Virus record (IMG/VR): IMGVR_UViG_3300032247_000246
Location: 1 to 26,709 of that record
Direction: 5' to 3' (one strand)
DNA length: 26,709 nucleotides
Source: a virus
Taxonomy: Duplodnaviria; Caudoviricetes
Below the pieces are notes generated by a model, which searched no databases, was not told the origin of the DNA, and saw only the letters and a list, made by a program, of their open reading frames with translations. This document shows positions 16,401-24,357 of the stretch, in pieces. Made by a program: the position numbers and the translations under genes. Position 1 is the stretch's first letter. The number at the start of each line of letters is the position of its first letter.

Positions 16401-17051
16401 GCCACAAGTCAAAATGATCTAGTCGCTTTTAATACTCCACAAACTAGTATAGTACCGACTAAATTTCCATTAACGACAGTCATGAAGTTCAACGGTACTA
16501 GTGATTATTTAACTGCGCCAGTAATTCCATCGTATAGTTTTGGTACAGGAGATTTTACAGTAGAAGGATGGTTTTATTGGAATGCTTTTAGTGCAGACCA
16601 TTGGATGGTGGCATTAGGAACCGGAGTAAATGCAGGTGGTCCTTTTGCTGGTTGGGGATTACGATATAGTCCATTTGATTATGGTAATGCTGTTCTTAAC
16701 TTCACAAGATATGATGGTACAGAATATACCTATCAATTTTCTTTACCTTCCGCAAATTATCTTGTAACAGGAACTTGGTATCACATTGCTTGTACTCGAA
16801 GTGGCACTAATATCAGAATGTTTCTTAACGGTTCTCAAATTGGTGCTGCACAAACAAGTAGTGTTGCTTTTAATGCTGTGAATACTGACCCATTAATCAT
16901 CGGAAAATTTATAACGGGTCGATCTGGAAGTCCGTTTTATTTTAATGGGTATATGCAAGACATTAGATTTACTAAAGGCGTTGCCCGTTATATCACTAAT
17001 TTTGCAGTTCCTGTTTTACCATTTGGAACTTCTGGACGACCTTTATTTTAA
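13473..17051 (+). CDS. Five-domain LamG (ConA-like lectin) virion/tail-fibre protein (paralogue C)
   Basis: Same architecture as 9957..13463; domains at ~13743-14215, ~14398-14880, ~15081-15560, ~15759-16250 and ~16482-16995; N-terminal MNRGNGGIFG...WPS..D.NFAYT.LLLKTTSQ. Confidence 0.85.
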   Translation: MNRGNGGIFGKKNSTSLVGGMYSSYEQQEKSASVYWPSGPDSNFAYTPLLLKTTSQTSPKTTVTDSSANNLTVTKFGTQSVGWTSPYQASGYWSNYFGVANADYLSPASSASLAFGNNAYTVEFWIFMSSYTTGSNRVVDLGTSNNSFGVQINNTGTVSVTKYGAVDVFTSTASFVVNQWNHVAVVRTSTATNGLAIYLNGTNIGTGTDTNNWTVVTTPRINGLSGFSFGWTGYLSNFRIVNGTAVYTSNFTSPNAPLTSISGTALLTCQDNRFKDNSTNNLTLTPSGTPRTFSDWYPTTFSGLTPSIGALYNGSKTDTLTIPNTSAITTLAGDFTIESWVYPTDTTMTGAWGLIETRTSGQTAAPWAWSLGYSSPSFTSGFFTGTSYAFTLRVLPYVWSHIVLQRNGSTLRYFVNGVVDTTSFSLSGTISGGSSTIYISNTKDNNLGGYGTGGYYSDFRIVNGTGVYNVTGFTPPTSKLTAVANTVLLLSLSDDNNTSITDGANNNVFIDSSPYALTLTRNGTPTQGSFTPYWPNGYWSVYFGGSGNYMVTNTAPLATTTTTFTIECWIYPTATPVGAQPAVIGDLLATSGSNFLSFGPLSSNLLQLYWYDGAGKSCTGNTTISLNAWTHIAVSVNANVITLYVNGVSQTLSGTTTLTNRSSSYNYFTLGQSSPSIYYTGYISNLSVLNGTAKYSTSFTPTTSPLSVSTTNQTLLTCYSNRFIDSNTATTAKTITITGIPTVQAFQPLPSKVYSPSLYGGSGYFNGSTDSVYTNQTFSLATATTPFTMEAWVNFSSFSGVAIASTAYAGSGAIPFMMGMASSSAFSSPAATPIFAYYNGSAWTVAVQSSTSLSLNTWYHLAYVYTGSTATVYANGVSIGSASISSWQTTGQSGFYVGRRWDTNNSVYFNGYISNFRLVIGTAVYTGTFTPPTLAPLTFDGQTSAASYANTANVNTSFGKSQTVLLTNFNNTAIYDATSQNDLVAFNTPQTSIVPTKFPLTTVMKFNGTSDYLTAPVIPSYSFGTGDFTVEGWFYWNAFSADHWMVALGTGVNAGGPFAGWGLRYSPFDYGNAVLNFTRYDGTEYTYQFSLPSANYLVTGTWYHIACTRSGTNIRMFLNGSQIGAAQTSSVAFNAVNTDPLIIGKFITGRSGSPFYFNGYMQDIRFTKGVARYITNFAVPVLPFGTSGRPLF

Positions 17052-17057
17052 TCGATA

Positions 17058-17065
17058 GATAAATA
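17058..17065 (+). promoter_or_regulatory. Putative T4-type late promoter (GATAAATA) for g13-g15
   Basis: NATAAATA box in the short intergenic region before g13. Confidence 0.7.
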
Positions 17066-17093
17066 GTATAATAACTATTTTCGGAAATGCAAC

Positions 17094-17873
17094 ATGGCAA
17101 CATTAGTATCCACAAGAGATTTATTCAAATCTTATTGTCTAAGAAGACTGGGATTTCCTGTTATTGAGATTAACGTTGATGATGATCAAGTCGAAGATAG
17201 AATTGATGATGCACTTCAGTATTGGCAAGACTATCACTTTGATGCGCTTCAGAAAGTATTCTATATCAAGAGATTAGACGCTACTGATATTACAAACAAA
17301 TATATTAATATGTCACCTGATGTGACTAGAGATACATCAAACGCATCAGTTAACATCATTGGCGTTACGAGAATATTTCCAATCTCAGATTCGATTGCAC
17401 AGAACAATATGTTTGATCTAAGATATCAACTTAGATTGAACGAATTATACGACTTCACTTCTGCATCATATATTAACTACACACTGACGATGCAACATCT
17501 ACGTTCACTAGAACAGATGTTTACGGGTGAAGTGCCGATTAGATTCCAACGCCACATGCACAAGTTATTCTGTGATTGGGGTTGGGGTACTTCAGTCAAT
17601 GCAGGCACTGTAGTTATTGCAGAGTGTCATGCGTTGATTAAGCCAGAAGATTATATCTCTGTATGGAATGATCGTTGGTTAAAAGAATACGCTACTGCAC
17701 TCATCAAACGTAATTGGGGTGCAAACTTAATGAAGTTCCAAGGCGTTCAATTACCTGGCGGTGTAATGCTCAACGGCGACAAAATCTTTGAAGAAGCAAA
17801 TGCAGAAGTTCTAAAATTAGAACAAGAAATGCTTGACTCTTATTCATTACCTGTTGACTTTTATCTGAACTAA
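17094..17873 (+). CDS. gp13: Neck protein gp13 (head-tail adaptor)
   Basis: YCLRRLGFPVIEINVDDDQVEDRIDDALQY...YHFD; WLKEYATALIKRNWGANLMKFQGVQLPGGV.LNG; position in the block. Confidence 0.93.
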   Translation: MATLVSTRDLFKSYCLRRLGFPVIEINVDDDQVEDRIDDALQYWQDYHFDALQKVFYIKRLDATDITNKYINMSPDVTRDTSNASVNIIGVTRIFPISDSIAQNNMFDLRYQLRLNELYDFTSASYINYTLTMQHLRSLEQMFTGEVPIRFQRHMHKLFCDWGWGTSVNAGTVVIAECHALIKPEDYISVWNDRWLKEYATALIKRNWGANLMKFQGVQLPGGVMLNGDKIFEEANAEVLKLEQEMLDSYSLPVDFYLN

Positions 17874-17874
17874 C

Positions 17875-18750
17875 ATGCCAACGAACGTCTACTTTAATAA
17901 TTTTTCTTCGAATCCAGAACAAAGACTCATCGAAGATTTGATGGTTGAGTCCATAAAGATTTATGGCGTGGATTGTTATTACATTCCTAACACTAATGAT
18001 CAAGCACGAGATCTGATCTATGGTGAAGATCCACTCAAAGAGTTTACGTCTGCATATCCATTAGAATTGTATATCACAAATGTAGATGGATATGAAGGCG
18101 AACGTGAGTTCTTCTCAAAGTTTGGTCTTGAAATTCGTAACAATATGTCAGTAATTATTTCTAAGAGATCATTTGCTAGATGGGTACCAAGAGAAACTTA
18201 TGTTCGACCACGAGAAGGTGATTTAATTTATATTCCATTCATGTCACAGACTGGTGAAATGTATGAGATCAAGTACGTTAATTATACAGAAGCATTCTAT
18301 GTGCTTGGTAACAAGTATCCATATTTCTATAAACTAGAGTTAGAGAAATTCAAATATTCACAAGAGACAATCGATGTTGGAATACCACGTATCGACGATA
18401 TCGTTGTTCAAGACTCTTACACAATTTCTATGAACGTCAACACATATTCGGGTAATGGAAACTATCTGATTGGCGAACATGTTCACAATTCAACCAATAC
18501 AGCATTTGGTCTATGCACCGATTGGGACGTTGATCGTGGTACTATTAAGATTACAGATATAGTTGGAACATTTGGTGTTGGAATGTATTTACGCGGAAAC
18601 ACATCAAACGCATTTCATATCACAATATCTTCTTCGGACGAACTAAATGATCCACAAGAAAGAGAAATGTACGACAATAAACTGATTCAAGTTGAAGCGA
18701 CTGACTACGTTGATGATACTATAGAAAACAATCCTTTCGGTAGACTATAA
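17875..18750 (+). CDS. gp14: Neck protein gp14 (head closure)
   Basis: EQRLIEDL.VESIKIYG.D.YYIP, FFSKFGLEIR, RPREGDLIYIP, ELEKFKYSQE.IDVG, C-terminal ENNPFG. Confidence 0.93.
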   Translation: MPTNVYFNNFSSNPEQRLIEDLMVESIKIYGVDCYYIPNTNDQARDLIYGEDPLKEFTSAYPLELYITNVDGYEGEREFFSKFGLEIRNNMSVIISKRSFARWVPRETYVRPREGDLIYIPFMSQTGEMYEIKYVNYTEAFYVLGNKYPYFYKLELEKFKYSQETIDVGIPRIDDIVVQDSYTISMNVNTYSGNGNYLIGEHVHNSTNTAFGLCTDWDVDRGTIKITDIVGTFGVGMYLRGNTSNAFHITISSSDELNDPQEREMYDNKLIQVEATDYVDDTIENNPFGRL

Positions 18751-19841
18751 TGTATGCATATCATAAAACTATTCGAAAGATAATCGTAGCTTTTGGCGAT
18801 TTCTTCAATCAAATTAAACTTACTCGGTACACTCAAGAGGGTGTTGAAGTTGAGACAATGTTGGTGCCTATTATCTATGGACCAAAAGAGAAGTATGTTT
18901 CTAGATTAGAAAGTGATCCATTACTTGACAAGAAAGTTCAAATCACGTTGCCTATGTTGTCATATGAAATGACAGACATGAGTTACGACTCTGGAAGAAA
19001 GTTAAACACAAACTATAGAAACAAACACTCTGAAGGCGGTACAACCTTATCGGTTTACAATCCAGTGCCGTTCGACTTTGAATTTTCACTACATCTTTAT
19101 GTTAGAAACTTCGAAGATTCTGCACAAATTATAGAGAAGATACTACCATACTTCACTCCTGACTATACAATTAATGTGAATCTAGTCGAAGAGATGGGAC
19201 TGATTAAAGAAGTACCTATCGTATTCAAAGGCATTTCACATGAGATAGATTACGAGGGCGACTACAACAGTAAGATCAGAACAGTTATTTGGACTCTAAA
19301 CTTTACTGTCAAAGCATACATCTATGGTGCAATTCGTGAACCTAGAATTATTCGTGCTGCAATCACAAACATCTATGACGATAACACACTGACAGAAAGA
19401 AATATGATTATGACGATGGCAGATGGTGGTTGGGGTAAGTACAAATATGGCGAAAAAGTATACCAGGGATATTCACTAGACACTGCAACCGCAACAGGCA
19501 CTGTGATTCATTGGAACAATGACTCTCATTTGTTAGAAATTGGATTCACTCATGGTCATTTTCAATCAGGAACACCATTGATTGGAATGTCAACTGATTC
19601 AAATTGGACACCATCAAACATCGATCTTAAACCAAACAAACTTGTGCAGACTATTATTACTCCAACGCCAACAGATGCTACGGGTAATAATGATTATACA
19701 TATACTACGCAGATGTTTGAATATCCAGATTTCCCAGAAACGATTACAACATCTTCTGACTTCTCTGGTGATTTACCATTCGAGATGGGCGCAGATGATC
19801 TAGCATCAGAAAAAGAAAAAGTAATAGACTTACTTATTTAA
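18750..19841 (+). CDS. gp15: Tail sheath stabiliser / tail terminator gp15, with C-terminal extension
   Basis: YHKTIRK.IVAFG..FN, VPIIYGPKEK, QIIEKILPYFTPDYT, YEGDY...R..IWTLNFT.K.Y.YG. Confidence 0.92.
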   Translation: MYAYHKTIRKIIVAFGDFFNQIKLTRYTQEGVEVETMLVPIIYGPKEKYVSRLESDPLLDKKVQITLPMLSYEMTDMSYDSGRKLNTNYRNKHSEGGTTLSVYNPVPFDFEFSLHLYVRNFEDSAQIIEKILPYFTPDYTINVNLVEEMGLIKEVPIVFKGISHEIDYEGDYNSKIRTVIWTLNFTVKAYIYGAIREPRIIRAAITNIYDDNTLTERNMIMTMADGGWGKYKYGEKVYQGYSLDTATATGTVIHWNNDSHLLEIGFTHGHFQSGTPLIGMSTDSNWTPSNIDLKPNKLVQTIITPTPTDATGNNDYTYTTQMFEYPDFPETITTSSDFSGDLPFEMGADDLASEKEKVIDLLI

Positions 19842-19852
19842 AGGTAGTTAAA

Positions 19853-21490
19853 ATGTCAAGAACGCTTCAATTTAAAAGATATGCTAACACTGTAGTTGCA
19901 AACACAACTGGTGCTGCAGGTGAAATAATTATTGAAACAACTAACAATATTGTTACTGTGCATACAGGAGGTATTGCTGGTGGCGTTCGAATGGCATCTG
20001 AATCATATGTTAGAAATTCATCAAACACAAGAGTAAACAAGTCCGGCGATACAATGACCGGAAATTTAACTTTTAGTCGCGGTGGTGCAATATTAGGAAA
20101 TCTTGATCAAAATGAAATAACAATGACATCAAATGTTATTGATGATTGGACTGGTTTTTCTGCCTACGGTTATGGTGCCGCACAAATATATGCAAACACA
20201 TTTGTACAATTAATAGCAAACACTGGAGTTGGTGGCGCCGAAATATGGAATTTTAATACAGATGGAACAATAACATTTCCTGATAATACAATCCAAACAA
20301 CCGGTGCGAATGTTACTCCTGCTTTTAATAAAGCAAACTCTGCAAACGTACTGGCACAAACTGCATACAATCAGGGCAATATTGCATTCTCTCACGCTAA
20401 TGCTTCATTTAATTCAGCAAACACTATTGTTATGGTGAACGTATCGCAAAACAATTCTATCAATTTAGTTAGTAATACAGCACAAGCAGCATTTAATACT
20501 GCGAATACAGGATCAAATACAGCACAAGCTGCATTCAATACTGCGAACACAAAATTTAGTGCAAACGGAGGTACGATCACAGGTAATGTTTCGATTATAG
20601 GTGAATTGTCTATTTCTGGTAATGCAACAACATTCTCTTCTAATAATATTATTATAGATGATTCTATTATCTATATTGCAAATAACAACTCAGCAAATGT
20701 GATTGATATTGGCGTTGTTGGTCATTTCACTTCCGTAAGATATCAACACACAGGTTTAGTTCGCACTGCGTCTGATGGTAAATGGAAACTATTCAGTAAT
20801 GTTATTGCTGAACCCACATCAACTATTGATCTAACTAATGCTATATATGATGGATTAAAACTAGGAGTACTTGAGGCGGCAAATGTTATTGTTAACGGCA
20901 GTGATATTATATCGTTAACTCAAACAATTTTTAACACATCAAATAATGTTTCTAACAATACAACTTCAGCATTTATTGTTGCCAACAATGCATCGAATAA
21001 TTCTACTGCTGCATTCACAGTGGCAAACACAGCATCGAATAACGCTACTGCTGGATTTACAGTGGCAAACACAGCATCGAATAATGCCACGGCAGCATTC
21101 AGTACAGCAAACACAGCATCGAATAATGCGACGTTGGCTTTTGCTGCCGCCAACTCAGCAGCACAGACTGTTCCACAAAACGCACAGACAACAAACTATA
21201 CTTTAGTCGGATCTGATGCTGGTAAACATTTATATTACACACAATCAGCAAACGTAAACTTATATATTCCTTGGTCATCAAATGCTTCGTTTGCAAACGG
21301 CACTACAATTATGATTGTTTCTAGAACAACATCAAGTGCAAACGTGACTGTTACGCCAAACACTGGCGTTACGATGTATCTTGCTGGCAACACAACGTCA
21401 GCATCCCGCAACGTGACAACATACGGTATGGCTACTCTCATTCAAGTCGCTGCAAACACATGGATGATTAACGGCACTGGAGTAGTGTAA
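19853..21490 (+). CDS. Fibre protein with Mtd-N-like N-terminus, coiled-coil repeats and conserved C-terminal domain
   Basis: N-terminus LQFKR...TGAAGEIIIETTNNIVTVHTGGIAGG resembles the BPP-1 Mtd N-terminal domain; KSGDTMTGNL fibre repeat; 14-aa Ala/Asn repeats; C-terminus homologous to that of 2229..3170. Confidence 0.75.
   Translation: MSRTLQFKRYANTVVANTTGAAGEIIIETTNNIVTVHTGGIAGGVRMASESYVRNSSNTRVNKSGDTMTGNLTFSRGGAILGNLDQNEITMTSNVIDDWTGFSAYGYGAAQIYANTFVQLIANTGVGGAEIWNFNTDGTITFPDNTIQTTGANVTPAFNKANSANVLAQTAYNQGNIAFSHANASFNSANTIVMVNVSQNNSINLVSNTAQAAFNTANTGSNTAQAAFNTANTKFSANGGTITGNVSIIGELSISGNATTFSSNNIIIDDSIIYIANNNSANVIDIGVVGHFTSVRYQHTGLVRTASDGKWKLFSNVIAEPTSTIDLTNAIYDGLKLGVLEAANVIVNGSDIISLTQTIFNTSNNVSNNTTSAFIVANNASNNSTAAFTVANTASNNATAGFTVANTASNNATAAFSTANTASNNATLAFAAANSAAQTVPQNAQTTNYTLVGSDAGKHLYYTQSANVNLYIPWSSNASFANGTTIMIVSRTTSSANVTVTPNTGVTMYLAGNTTSASRNVTTYGMATLIQVAANTWMINGTGVV
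20471..20554 (+). repeat. Two 42-bp (14-aa) tandem coding repeats
   Basis: SNTAQAAFNTANTG / SNTAQAAFNTANTK, starting at 20471 and 20513. Confidence 0.85.
20939..21148 (+). repeat. Five 42-bp (14-aa) tandem coding repeats (first degenerate)
   Basis: Units at 20981, 21023, 21065 and 21107 read ANNASNNSTAAFTV / ANTASNNATAGFTV / ANTASNNATAAFST / ANTASNNATLAFAA; shared DNA core gcaaacacagcatcgaataa. Confidence 0.85.
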
Positions 21491-22188
21491 TGAGTGGTAT
21501 TATGGCTATGGCTGCCAGTAATGTGAAATCATCTAGAGTTGCTGCTTTGTCAGCAACTCTAGTGTACGATTTAGATGCTGCTAACTTTGCTGCTGTACCA
21601 ACTAATGGTTCATTAGTCAGTGGATTTACATTAACTGTTGCTAACTCTGGATCTTCTATTTCATATAGTAGTGCAAACGGTGGATCATTTGCTAAATCAA
21701 ACAGTGTTGGTACAGACTACATCTATGGTGGTCCAAGTTATGTAACTGGGCAAAGCTATTCTGTATTCATGGCATATAAACTATCTGCAACATCTTCTGG
21801 TAGATTATTAAACACTCAGAGTGAAGCATCAAAAGATTGGTTGATGGGTGCGTATAATGGATTTCCAAATACTTTCTATCCAAACTTTTCGGTTAATCTA
21901 CCATCATCAGGCGCAGATACAGTTTGGCATCTAGATTGCGCTACATGGGATACTACTACAAGTACGGGTAAACTTTACACAGCAACAAATACTGCACCAG
22001 GCGCTGCTGCTTATTCTGTGTCGAATGCTGGCGGTGGTGGATTTAATCAACTAAGATTATTCAGCCGTGCAGCAGGAACTGAAGTTCAATCAGGCAATAT
22101 TGGATTTGTTAAAGTATATAATGGTTTATTATCTCTTGCCGACATTCAATCATTACATGCTACTTATAAAACAAGATTTGGTTATTAA
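21490..22188 (+). CDS. Single-domain LamG/ConA-like lectin adhesin
   Basis: LVYDLDAAN, DTVWHL, GNIGFVKVYNGLLSLADIQ...YKTRFG are typical of phage LamG-type proteins; TAATG overlap with the upstream fibre gene. Confidence 0.7.
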   Translation: MSGIMAMAASNVKSSRVAALSATLVYDLDAANFAAVPTNGSLVSGFTLTVANSGSSISYSSANGGSFAKSNSVGTDYIYGGPSYVTGQSYSVFMAYKLSATSSGRLLNTQSEASKDWLMGAYNGFPNTFYPNFSVNLPSSGADTVWHLDCATWDTTTSTGKLYTATNTAPGAAAYSVSNAGGGGFNQLRLFSRAAGTEVQSGNIGFVKVYNGLLSLADIQSLHATYKTRFGY

Positions 22189-22191
22189 CTT

Positions 22192-22626
22192 ATGTCTAAA
22201 TTTGAAAAATCTATGGAAGAAATCTTTGATGTTGCACCCTCCATCAAGACACCAGTTGTGCAGAAAGAATCACCAAAAGATATTGTCGAGATTGCTTCTA
22301 TCTCAAAAGATCTGGAATCAGAACTTGAGAAAGACTATGCTGACTCAAGAAAAACACTCCAATCTCTTGTAAGAAAGGGCAACGATGCTATTGATCATCT
22401 ATTGGCAATCGCTTCTGAGACTGAACATCCTCGTGCATTTGAAGTTGTTGCAACGCTGATTAAAAACACGGCAGAAGCAAATGAGAAGTTGATGAATCTA
22501 CAGAAATCATTTCGTGAACTAAAAGGTCTGAAGAACAAAGAATCGAATGTCACGGTTGACAAAGCAATCTTTGTTGGATCAACGTCTGAATTATCTAAAT
22601 TGTTAAAGAGAAGTAATGACGATTAA
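22192..22626 (+). CDS. gp16: Terminase small subunit gp16
   Basis: DY..SR..L..L..KG..AID.LL.IA.E.EHPRAFEV; FVGSTSEL; overlaps g17 by 11 bp. Confidence 0.93.
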   Translation: MSKFEKSMEEIFDVAPSIKTPVVQKESPKDIVEIASISKDLESELEKDYADSRKTLQSLVRKGNDAIDHLLAIASETEHPRAFEVVATLIKNTAEANEKLMNLQKSFRELKGLKNKESNVTVDKAIFVGSTSELSKLLKRSNDD

Positions 22627-24274
22627 TAAAGAATCGTATAGGGATAACGTCCTTTTAAAACGTGCTGGTGTAGAACTATCTTATACTGAAGATCAAGTAG
22701 AAGAATACATCAAATGTTCTAAAGATCCAGTATACTTTGCGTCAAAATATATCAAGATCGTCAACGTCGATAAGGGTTTGATGAATTTTGATATGTGGGG
22801 TTTTCAGAAAGAAATGATTAAAACATTTCATGAGAATCGATTTGTCATTACTAAATGTCCTCGTCAGGTTGGTAAGACAACAACATCTGTCGCATATCTA
22901 CTCTGGTTAACCTTATTTGAACACTCACAGAACATTGCAGTTCTCGCAAACAAAGGTTCTCTTGCACGAGACATTCTTGCGAAATATCAATTAGCGTATG
23001 AAAATCTACCTATGTGGATGCAACAAGGCGTTATCACATGGAACAAAGGTAACGTAGAATTAGAGAATGGATCTAAGATTATTGCTGCATCTACGTCATC
23101 TTCAGCAGTTCGTGGAGGATCATTTAACGTAGTGTTCTTAGATGAGTTTGCATTCGTTCCAGCAAACATTGCACACGAGTTCTTCAACTCAGTCTATCCA
23201 GTTATCTCTTCTGGTAAAACTACTAAGATTATTATTGTTTCTACTCCTAATGGTATGAACTTGTTCTACAAGTTATGGGTTGATGCTATCAATAAACGAA
23301 ACGGATACAAGACGTTTGAGATTCACTGGTCGATGGTGCCTGGACGAGATGAGAAGTGGAAAGAAGAGACAATTAAGAATACATCAATCGAGCAGTTTAG
23401 GCAAGAGTTTGAGACAGAATTTTTAGGTTCGACAAACACATTAATCTCTGGATCTAAACTTGGCATGCTCGTCTACAATGATCCAATTACAAAACATGAG
23501 AATCTAGATATCTATGAATATCCAATCAAAGGTGATGATGAAGTCAACAAAGATCACATCTATGCAATTACAGTTGACGTTTCAGAAGGACGTAATCTAG
23601 ACGCTTCTGCGTTCTCAGTATTCGATATATCAACTGTACCATATAAACAAGTGGCAAAATATAACAGTTCGATTATATCACCAATGTTATATCCAACCAT
23701 CATTTATAATACGGCACGACTATACAATGATGCATATGTGCTGGTTGAGATAAATAATACTCCTCAAATCGCAGACATTCTTCATCAAGATTTAGAGTAT
23801 GAGAATCTGATGAAAGTTGCAACTGGTAACAAAAAGGCACAGGCAGTGTCTGCCGGATTTGAAAGAGGAACTCAACTCGGCGTTCGGATGTCACCGCTCG
23901 TCAAAAGAATTGGATGTTCTAATCTAAAGACTTTAATCGAGTCTGATAAGTTGTTGGTGCATGACTTTGACACAATATCTCAACTGACAACTTTCGTTTC
24001 TGTCAACAACACATTCAAGGCAGAAGAGACAGCAAATGATGACTTAGTGATGACTCTTGTTCTTTTCGCATGGCTTTCAACTCAGAATTTCTTTAGAGAG
24101 ATTGTGAATCATGACTTGAGAAAGCAAATGCAGTTAGAAATGTTAAATCAATCTGATGAAGAGATTCCGTCTTTTGGAATATTCGATGACGGACTTGATG
24201 TTCCATATGTCCAAGAAGGTGGAGATGTATGGTTAACCAACGAAGAATACGGTAAAATGCAGAATGTTTTCTAG
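22616..24274 (+). CDS. gp17: Terminase large subunit gp17
   Basis: KCSKDPVYF; Walker A PRQVGKTT; Walker B FLDEFAFV; STPNG; nuclease DVSEG and DDLVM; no intein or intron seen. Confidence 0.97.
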   Translation: MTINKESYRDNVLLKRAGVELSYTEDQVEEYIKCSKDPVYFASKYIKIVNVDKGLMNFDMWGFQKEMIKTFHENRFVITKCPRQVGKTTTSVAYLLWLTLFEHSQNIAVLANKGSLARDILAKYQLAYENLPMWMQQGVITWNKGNVELENGSKIIAASTSSSAVRGGSFNVVFLDEFAFVPANIAHEFFNSVYPVISSGKTTKIIIVSTPNGMNLFYKLWVDAINKRNGYKTFEIHWSMVPGRDEKWKEETIKNTSIEQFRQEFETEFLGSTNTLISGSKLGMLVYNDPITKHENLDIYEYPIKGDDEVNKDHIYAITVDVSEGRNLDASAFSVFDISTVPYKQVAKYNSSIISPMLYPTIIYNTARLYNDAYVLVEINNTPQIADILHQDLEYENLMKVATGNKKAQAVSAGFERGTQLGVRMSPLVKRIGCSNLKTLIESDKLLVHDFDTISQLTTFVSVNNTFKAEETANDDLVMTLVLFAWLSTQNFFREIVNHDLRKQMQLEMLNQSDEEIPSFGIFDDGLDVPYVQEGGDVWLTNEEYGKMQNVF

Positions 24275-24298
24275 GAAGTATCTACAAATCTAGTGTTT

Positions 24299-24306
24299 GA
24301 TAAATA
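24299..24306 (+). promoter_or_regulatory. Putative T4-type late promoter (GATAAATA) for g18
   Basis: NATAAATA box in the g17-g18 intergenic region, with an AAGGAG RBS upstream of the ATG at 24358. Confidence 0.7.
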
Positions 24307-24357
24307 GAACATAGATTATTACTGCAAATTATATCAGTATAAAACAAGGAGAATAAA

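Noticed and set aside
1-17051. Invertase-driven shufflon for the lectin cassettes
   Set aside because: All cassettes are in direct orientation within intact ORFs; no recombinase gene or inverted crossover sites seen
20939-21148. CRISPR-like array
   Set aside because: Units are contiguous in-frame 42-bp coding repeats with no unique spacers
5070-23756. Intragenic late-promoter-like boxes (TATAAATA 5070 and 5967, GATAAATA 23749)
   Set aside because: A few matches are expected by chance in AT-rich coding DNA; cannot be supported without TSS data
22616-24274. Intein, intron or homing endonuclease in the terminase or core genes
   Set aside because: gp17 is continuous and of ordinary length; no HNH, GIY-YIG or LAGLIDADG ORF in the window
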